Below are positions 57,828 through 64,000 of a DNA stretch of 64,000 nt, one piece after another. Origin of the DNA: an uncultured SAR86 cluster bacterium. GTDB lineage: Bacteria; Pseudomonadota; Gammaproteobacteria; Magnimaribacterales; D2472. The position numbers and the translations under genes are program-made. The notes beneath the pieces are model-generated. The model ran no database searches. It was not told the origin of the DNA and was given only the letters and a program-made list of their open reading frames with translations. The number at the start of each line of letters is the position of its first letter. Positions within the stretch are counted from its first letter, which is position 1. The DNA lies in the NCBI GenBank assembly GCA_902579825.1, contig CACHII010000001.1:76832-140831 (forward strand). The letters run 5' to 3'.

Positions 57828-59495
57828 TTATTTCACTTCAAAATTATCTGATAGTGATTTCATTTCCTTTCTTAGCACAAACATAGCAATCAAATTTGGT
57901 ATTGAAACAAGCGCAACAACAACATAGGCAATATTCCATACAATTGTTGTATCAATTACTGCTGCTAATACAAAACAAAGTACATAGAAATTTCTGTACC
58001 AAATTACACCTTTTTCTCCAAATATATAAGCTGTGGATCGATCGCCGTAATAGCACCATGTTATTGAGGTTGAAAATGCAAATAGTAATAGAGCGATTGC
58101 AACTAATTTTCCACCGTACTGACCCAAAATTCCTTGTGAGAATGCTTTCGCAGTTAGCTCAGCTGAACTAACTAAAGATTTACCCTGTATATCAACAGAT
58201 TCTATAATCTTTCCATTATCAACATTCAATATGCCTGTATAAAGATTTGAATTGTTTTGATCTGAAATAGTGACATCCTCAGCTATTGATCTTGAATGAA
58301 GAATAGTTATATTCTCATTTATTAAACTTCCATCTTCAACAATTAATTCTCCAGAAAATTCTTTTATTTCTGAATCTAAAGATTGAACATAACTATTTAA
58401 TTCATTGATTTGTTTAGGATATAAATAGTCACCATCAATATTTTTTTCATCGCTATATGTTCCTTCAAGAATAACCATATCGGTCTTTGAAAAATTTGTA
58501 TCAAATTTTTGTGTCCAGACACCGCTAGATAAAATAACTAAAGCAGTGACACTACAAACTACAATTGTGTCTATAAACGGCTCAAGAATTGAAACAACAC
58601 CTTGATCTATAGATTTATTTTTTGAAGAAGCGTGAGCAATAGGTGATGAACCCTGACCTGCTTCGTTAGAATATAGACCTCTTGCAACACCATATTTTAG
58701 ACTCATTGCAAAGCTAGCACCAAGAAAACCACCTACTGCAGCAGATCCTGTAAAAACTTGAGCAAAAATTGCATTAAACGAAGGAATAATATTTTGATAG
58801 TTTTCAGCAAGAATAATCAAAGCGCCACCAAAATAAATCAATCCCATAATTGGAATGATTTTACTTGCTACAGATGCAATTCTTTTTATACCACCAATAA
58901 TTATTATCCATAGCAAAGCACCCAAAAATAGACCTGTAAATAATTTAGGTACTGAAAATTCAGTATTCATTACTAATGCAATATTATTAATTTGTGGCAT
59001 ATTTCCAGAACCAATAGCTGTAATCATCATTAAAAATGCAAATAAAATTGCCACCCATTTCATGTTTAAGCCCTGTTCAATGTAATACATTGGACCACCT
59101 GATATTGAACCATCAGATAGCTTAGTTCTATATTTATGACCTAAAGTTACCTCTACATATTTTGTAGTCATTCCAAATATTGCTGTTATCCACATCCAGA
59201 AAATAGCAGCTGGGCCACCAGTCCATATAGCCAATGCTACTCCACCTATATTGCCAGTACCAACAGCACCCGACATAGCTGTTGTAAGTGCTTGAAATCC
59301 AGTTGTTTCACCATCTTGATCAGTAGATTTAGTCTTACCAGAAACAATTTTAAATGCACTGTTAAAGTACTTGAATTGTGGAAAGCCTAAATAAATTGTA
59401 AAAAATATGCCTGTTCCGATTAATAATGCTGGAAACCACCAAGAGCCACTTAAATTGCTATCCAATAAAATTAAAAAATTATTAAATTGTTCCAT
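57828..59495 (-). CDS. Sodium:alanine (alanine/glycine:cation) symporter family transporter
   Basis: 555 aa with AGCS-family motifs (FQALTTAMSGAVGTGNIGGVA, LFAFSTSITWCYYG). A hydrophilic insertion of about 100 aa is present (residues ~335-450). Confidence 0.85.
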   Translation of the reverse strand: MEQFNNFLILLDSNLSGSWWFPALLIGTGIFFTIYLGFPQFKYFNSAFKIVSGKTKSTDQDGETTGFQALTTAMSGAVGTGNIGGVALAIWTGGPAAIFWMWITAIFGMTTKYVEVTLGHKYRTKLSDGSISGGPMYYIEQGLNMKWVAILFAFLMMITAIGSGNMPQINNIALVMNTEFSVPKLFTGLFLGALLWIIIIGGIKRIASVASKIIPIMGLIYFGGALIILAENYQNIIPSFNAIFAQVFTGSAAVGGFLGASFAMSLKYGVARGLYSNEAGQGSSPIAHASSKNKSIDQGVVSILEPFIDTIVVCSVTALVILSSGVWTQKFDTNFSKTDMVILEGTYSDEKNIDGDYLYPKQINELNSYVQSLDSEIKEFSGELIVEDGSLINENITILHSRSIAEDVTISDQNNSNLYTGILNVDNGKIIESVDIQGKSLVSSAELTAKAFSQGILGQYGGKLVAIALLLFAFSTSITWCYYGDRSTAYIFGEKGVIWYRNFYVLCFVLAAVIDTTIVWNIAYVVVALVSIPNLIAMFVLRKEMKSLSDNFEVK

Positions 59496-59499
59496 ATTT

Positions 59500-59730
59500 T
59501 TATTCCGTATATTTATCGATTAAGTCAGTATAGCCACCTATGAGGTTATCATCTATAAAAATTTGAGGTACTGTTCTTGCATTAGGATTTCTTTCTAACA
59601 TTTCTTTAAACACTTCTGGATCATCAGCATTATAAACATCATAATTGATTCCTTTAGAATCAAAGAAGTTTTTAGCCATATCGCAATAAGAACAATTAGA
59701 TCTCGAGTAAATTTCAACTTTTTTTGTCAT
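59500..59730 (-). CDS. Glutaredoxin
   Basis: 76 aa with the active site CSYC, plus TVPQIFI and GGYTDL. Confidence 0.85.
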   Translation of the reverse strand: MTKKVEIYSRSNCSYCDMAKNFFDSKGINYDVYNADDPEVFKEMLERNPNARTVPQIFIDDNLIGGYTDLIDKYTE

Positions 59731-59750
59731 AAATTAATTATAATGAAAAA

Positions 59751-60518
59751 ATGTCATTATTTAACCTAAAAAATAAATCAATACTCATTACTGGATCATC
59801 CAAGGGCATAGGTAAAGCTATAGCTTATCAATGTGCTGAACACGGGGCTAAAGTAATTATATCTAGTAGAAAATTAGATATATGCGAGCAAACTGCTGAA
59901 GAAATTAATACAAAGTTAGGTACTGAGATTGCATATGCTATTCCTGCAAATATTAGTGACGATAATCAAATAGAAAGTTTAGTTAATGAAACAAGAAAAA
60001 AAATTGGGAAAATAGATGTGCTGATATGTAATGCTGCAACTAATCCATTTATGGGATCAATGTTAGATATGCCAATAGAAAAATTTGATAAAGTCATGCA
60101 CAACAATATCAGATCTAATCAAATTTTATGTAATCTTGTTTTACCAGAAATGATTTCAAAGGAAGATGGTTCAATTATTATTATTTCAAGTATTGCTGCC
60201 ATTAAGGGGAGTCCTATATTGGGAGCCTATAATATAAGTAAAGCAGCTGACGTAATGATTGTTAAAAATATCGCTGCAGAATTTGGTCATAAAAATATAA
60301 GAGCGAATTCCATTGCACCTGGTTTAATTAAAACAGATTTTGCTAAGGCTTTATGGGAGAATCCTGATATTTTAAAAACAGTTCTTTCGTCTACTCCAAT
60401 GCAAAGGATTGGTGTACCAGATGAGATAGCTGGTGTTGCTGTAATGCTTGCTTCTAAAGCTGGTAATTATATTAATGGCCAAACAATAGTTGTTGATGGC
60501 GGAACAACTATAACTTAA
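59751..60518 (+). CDS. Short-chain dehydrogenase/reductase (SDR) family oxidoreductase
   Basis: 255 aa with TGSSKGIGKAIA, NAA, and the catalytic YNISKAA. Confidence 0.85.
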   Translation: MSLFNLKNKSILITGSSKGIGKAIAYQCAEHGAKVIISSRKLDICEQTAEEINTKLGTEIAYAIPANISDDNQIESLVNETRKKIGKIDVLICNAATNPFMGSMLDMPIEKFDKVMHNNIRSNQILCNLVLPEMISKEDGSIIIISSIAAIKGSPILGAYNISKAADVMIVKNIAAEFGHKNIRANSIAPGLIKTDFAKALWENPDILKTVLSSTPMQRIGVPDEIAGVAVMLASKAGNYINGQTIVVDGGTTIT

Positions 60519-61473
60519 TTGAATTTTTTAATTCACTAAAATAATAGTTAAAAACATGATTTTCGTTAATTTGAGGTACATTAAAATAATCAAATCTTAA
60601 ATTATGTAAATCATTAATAATATTAGATACTTTTAATGTACTAAAATCGCTTTTATTAAAATCTTTATATAATCCTGAAAGTTCCTCATTTAAGATTTTT
60701 GATCTTAGTAGTATCTTTAAAAATTCAATTAAATAATTAATTTTAGTAATCAAATCTATTTCATGTGACGATAGATATTGAAGTATCTGCTTTGAATGGG
60801 CTTCATTAGATAAAAATTTTTTCATTAACTTAACAAAATCTTTAAAGACCATGTGTTGATCATTTTCAATATCATTTAAGATATTTATAGGGCTAATATA
60901 ACTAGGAAAATCTTTTATATTAAAATCAGAAATGCCCCTCGAAACTAACCAACTGTTAATATCATCATCCTTCAAAGATGGCATATTAAAGGTCTGGCAT
61001 CTGCTATATATGGTTTGAAGTAATGAATTTGATCTATTTGTGATAAGAATAATATAACTATTTACAGCTGGTTCCTCTAGAGACTTTAATAATGCGTTCT
61101 GAGATATTTCATTCATTGTATGTGCATTGTTAATTAAAACAACTTTATTGCTGCTTATAGATGGAGTCATTGAAAGAAAGTCTATAACATTACGATTTCC
61201 CAGTTCTTCATCCCATTCTTTATCTCTAAATGATATATGTCTTGTTAGAATTTTATCTTTATTTAAAAATAGGAAATCTGGATGAGTATTTAAGTTAAAA
61301 AGATTAATTGACTTTGAGTCATTATTATTAACTAATAAAGTTCGAGCAATTTCGTTACCAAGAATACATTTGCCAAGTCCTTCAGGACCATTGAGAATAG
61401 TCCCATGAGGTAAGTTATTGAAATTTATTTTTTTATAAACTTTATCTAACCATGGAAGTTCATTTAAATTCAT
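60508..61473 (-). CDS. holB: DNA polymerase III delta' subunit
   Basis: 321 aa with a degenerate P-loop GPEGLGK and LKSLEEP. It lies downstream of tmk as in E. coli. Confidence 0.8.
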   Translation of the reverse strand: MNLNELPWLDKVYKKINFNNLPHGTILNGPEGLGKCILGNEIARTLLVNNNDSKSINLFNLNTHPDFLFLNKDKILTRHISFRDKEWDEELGNRNVIDFLSMTPSISSNKVVLINNAHTMNEISQNALLKSLEEPAVNSYIILITNRSNSLLQTIYSRCQTFNMPSLKDDDINSWLVSRGISDFNIKDFPSYISPINILNDIENDQHMVFKDFVKLMKKFLSNEAHSKQILQYLSSHEIDLITKINYLIEFLKILLRSKILNEELSGLYKDFNKSDFSTLKVSNIINDLHNLRFDYFNVPQINENHVFNYYFSELKNSIKL

Positions 61474-62063
61474 TTTATATTCAGATTAAAAAGAATTTCG
61501 TCATGTATAGAATCTATATCATTGTTTGCATTGATAACAATAAATCTATCATCATTATTTGAAGCAATTTCTAAATACCCTTTCCTTACTTTATCAAAAA
61601 ATTCAAAACCTGATGATTCAATTCGGTCCATAGTGTCATTATGTTTTCTGCTAAATCCCTCTTCAACAGGAATATCTAGTAAAAATGTGAAGTTTGGGAT
61701 CGGACATTTTATAAAAGATATTAATGAGCTTATAAATTCTCTTGATAATTCACGTCCATAACCTTGATAAGCCATCGAAGCATCAAAAAATCTATCTAAC
61801 AATAAATAATCAGATTGATTATCTAAAATTATTTTATTTACAAGTTCTGATCTTGCCGAAAACATTAAAAGAAGCTCTGTTTCATTTGATAATTTATTAT
61901 TATTGTCTAACAAAATATCTCTGATTTTTTCGCCTGCTAAGGTTGAACCAGGCTCTCTTAAAACTTCAACATCAAGATTTTTTGATTCAAGAAAATCTTT
62001 TAATAATCTAATTTGTGTAGACTTTCCTACACCTTCTATACCCTCAAATGAGATGATTTTCAT
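61470..62063 (-). CDS. tmk: Thymidylate kinase
   Basis: 197 aa with the P-loop FEGIEGVGKSTQ and the DRF motif LLDRFFDAS. Confidence 0.9.
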   Translation of the reverse strand: MKIISFEGIEGVGKSTQIRLLKDFLESKNLDVEVLREPGSTLAGEKIRDILLDNNNKLSNETELLLMFSARSELVNKIILDNQSDYLLLDRFFDASMAYQGYGRELSREFISSLISFIKCPIPNFTFLLDIPVEEGFSRKHNDTMDRIESSGFEFFDKVRKGYLEIASNNDDRFIVINANNDIDSIHDEILFNLNIK

Positions 62064-63013
62064 TTTTTATTTAACTCATTAACTTTCTTTTTATGTTCAT
62101 CATATGTTCTTGAGAAATAGTGAGATGTGGGCGAATTTGCTACAAAAAATAAAAATTCACCCGGTAAAGAATTAACTGCAGCATCTATTGATGATGGAGA
62201 TGAAATTGATATTGGTGTTGGTGGGAGACCTTTAATCATATATGTATTAAATTTATTATTTGAATCTAGAATATCAGATTTTTTAATATCTCCATCAAAA
62301 TTAGGCAATAAACCATAAATAATTGTTGGATCAGCCTGTAATTTCATCCCTAAATCTAATCTTTTTAGAAATACTGATGCGATTAATGTTTTTTCATCAT
62401 TATTACCAGCCTCTTTTTCGATAATTGAAGCTAGTATCAAGATCTCATTTTTTGTTAAATTGTTTTTTGAATAACCATCAATAAATAAATTATCTAGATA
62501 TTTATCTAACTTATTTCGACTTTGGATTAGGATTTCTGATGATTTCATATTTTTTTTGTAAAAATATGTATCTGGAAATAATGTGCCTTCATAAAATCCA
62601 TATTTTAAATCTAGACATTCCAAATATGAACAATCATTGATCAATAAAGACTGGTCAATTAGCTCCTCTAATTGAAATATGTTCATCCCTTCAATAAGGC
62701 TAATCTGATGTGTAATAGTATTACCATTTTGCATAGATGAAATGATATTTTTAATTGATTTATCTTTTATAGAATATTCACCAGTTTTGATTGAAGAAAT
62801 ATTATTTGCTTTGATAAAAATATTTATATAAATTTTATTCATAAAGTTATAATCAGAGAATTTAGATAAAACTTTATTAATTGACTCGCCCTTTTTAACA
62901 TCTAAAACATATATATTGTTATTAGGTATATGGTTTAAATATGCGATGTAGGGTGCGTAAAAAGATATAAATAATAGAAAAGTTATAAGAATAGTTCTTG
63001 TAAAAATAATCAT
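62060..63013 (-). CDS. mltG: Endolytic murein transglycosylase MltG (YceG-like)
   Basis: 317 aa with an N-terminal TM. The YceG motifs are LASIIEKEAG, YNTYMIKGLPPTPI and YFSRTYDEH. Confidence 0.85.
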   Translation of the reverse strand: MIIFTRTILITFLLFISFYAPYIAYLNHIPNNNIYVLDVKKGESINKVLSKFSDYNFMNKIYINIFIKANNISSIKTGEYSIKDKSIKNIISSMQNGNTITHQISLIEGMNIFQLEELIDQSLLINDCSYLECLDLKYGFYEGTLFPDTYFYKKNMKSSEILIQSRNKLDKYLDNLFIDGYSKNNLTKNEILILASIIEKEAGNNDEKTLIASVFLKRLDLGMKLQADPTIIYGLLPNFDGDIKKSDILDSNNKFNTYMIKGLPPTPISISSPSSIDAAVNSLPGEFLFFVANSPTSHYFSRTYDEHKKKVNELNKK

Positions 63014-63022
63014 AAGAAAATG

Positions 63023-63040
63023 AGATAACAGATGTTATCT
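63023..63040 (-). terminator. Stem-loop after acpP (possible attenuator/terminator)
   Basis: The structure is AGATAAC-nnnn-GTTATCT, a 7-bp stem with a 4-nt loop. On the minus strand it is followed by CATTTTCTT. It lies between the acpP stop and the mltG start. Confidence 0.35.
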
Positions 63041-63074
63041 TAAACGTTAAAACTTATTTGTAGAACTAATTAAT

Positions 63075-63305
63075 TTAAGAATTAGAATTTATATATTCAA
63101 CAGCTTCGTTGACAGTAGAAATTTTTTCCGCATCTTCATCAGCTATTTCTAAATCAAATTCTTCTTCAAGAGCCATAACAAGCTCAACTGTATCGAGTGA
63201 ATCAGCACCTAGATCATCTACAAATGACGAATCACTTTTAATTTCATCAACAGATTTTCCGAGTTGATCACTAACGATTTTTTTTACTGTATCTTCAACA
63301 CTCAT
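63075..63305 (-). CDS. acpP: Acyl carrier protein
   Basis: 76 aa with the phosphopantetheine site [13 protein letters not shown]. Confidence 0.95.
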   Translation of the reverse strand: MSVEDTVKKIVSDQLGKSVDEIKSDSSFVDDLGADSLDTVELVMALEEEFDLEIADEDAEKISTVNEAVEYINSNS

Positions 63306-63375
63306 AATATCTCCATTACCCTATATTGAAATTTGACACATTTTACATGTATTAGTTCAAAGATGCACATAAAAA

Positions 63376-64000
63376 TTAGTACATTAATAATCCACCATCA
63401 ATTGAAATAGTTTGACCAGTTATATAAGAAGCTTCATCTGACATTAAAAACATGACCAATTTGGAAATATCTTCAGGTAATCCAAATTTATTAAGTGGTA
63501 TTTGTTTTAGAATTTCATTTCTTTCATTATCTCCAATATAAGAAGTCATATCGGTATCAATAAAACCCGGTGCAACGCAATTAACTGTAATATTTCTTGA
63601 GCCAACTTCTTTTGCTAGAGATTTTGTAAAACCATTTAAAGCAGCCTTTGAAGAGGAATAATTTACTTGTCCAGGATTTCCCATTAAACCTGATATCGAA
63701 GATATATTTATTATCCTACCAAATTTATTCTTAATCATATTTTTTAAAAAAATTTTTGTAAGATTGAATGTTCCTGTTAAATTCGTATTAATTACATTAT
63801 CCCAATCATCATAACTCATCCTTAAAAATAATTGATCAGCGGTAATACCCGCATTGTTAATTAAAATGTCAGGAAGGAGATTTTTTGATTTAAGTTCATG
63901 AAAACAATCTTCTACATCATTTCTTGAGGTTACATCAAGCTTTATTGGAAATAAATTTTCTAAATCGTTATCAAACTTAAAGTTATTTCTTGAAGTGCCA
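63376..64000 (-). CDS. fabG: 3-oxoacyl-ACP reductase FabG (5' end beyond the right edge of the window)
   Basis: The frame stays open upstream of the ORF-track Met to position 63999 (...LDVTSRNDVEDCF...DILINNAGITADQLFLRMSYDDWDNVINTNL...). It has the catalytic YSSSKAA and lies upstream of acpP. Confidence 0.9.
   Translation of the reverse strand, partial: GTSRNNFKFDNDLENLFPIKLDVTSRNDVEDCFHELKSKNLLPDILINNAGITADQLFLRMSYDDWDNVINTNLTGTFNLTKIFLKNMIKNKFGRIINISSISGLMGNPGQVNYSSSKAALNGFTKSLAKEVGSRNITVNCVAPGFIDTDMTSYIGDNERNEILKQIPLNKFGLPEDISKLVMFLMSDEASYITGQTISIDGGLLMY

Noticed and set aside
1-64000. I looked for rRNA, tRNA, CRISPR arrays, transposases, integrases, phage genes, toxin-antitoxin pairs and defence-system ATPases or nucleases.
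   Set aside because: Every gap longer than about 60 nt was read on both strands. None shows tRNA-like GC-rich cloverleaf segments, repeat-spacer periodicity or terminal inverted repeats. Every large ORF has a metabolic or housekeeping assignment or is a small or exported protein. No mobile or defence element can be supported.

Overview
This 64-kb window is visibly AT-rich and very gene-dense. I count about 62 protein genes, and most junctions are under 15 nt or overlap. The core synteny is gammaproteobacterial: ETF-QO with divergent etfBA, aceA-psiE, mnmA-purB, icd-clpS-clpA with convergent infA, cysK/cysE, a complete nqrABCDEF-apbE-nqrM operon, a long-form gap, mfd, nfuA, trmA, and fabG-acpP-mltG-tmk-holB. 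Composition and content suggest a streamlined marine planktonic gammaproteobacterium. SAR86-like is my guess and is inference only. I found no rRNA, tRNA, CRISPR array, transposase, integrase or phage genes.

The items most worth a second look are:
1. A nine-gene, gap-free operon (5888-12817) that combines four glutathione/thiol-fold enzymes, a DhlA-type haloalkane dehalogenase, exported MBL and DJ-1 hydrolases, DUF1330 and a membrane protein.
2. An island of exported or lipid-anchored peptidases (24227-33026): an M64-like peptidase with a cadherin-like domain, an HExxH MA-clan lipoprotein, and M14 and S10 carboxypeptidases.
3. An alkaline-ceramidase-family membrane protein appended to etfBA.
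4. A 58-aa nqrM gene missing from the ORF track.
5. A PimCD-like two-subunit acyl-CoA dehydrogenase pair.
6. A carboxyltransferase with no biotin domain.
7. An (AAT)6 repeat that fills the spacer of the putative aceA promoter, flanked by three copies of an ATGTAGT motif.

All family assignments come from recognising motifs by eye. No database search, HMM or folding calculation was run, and the start codons of several genes are uncertain.
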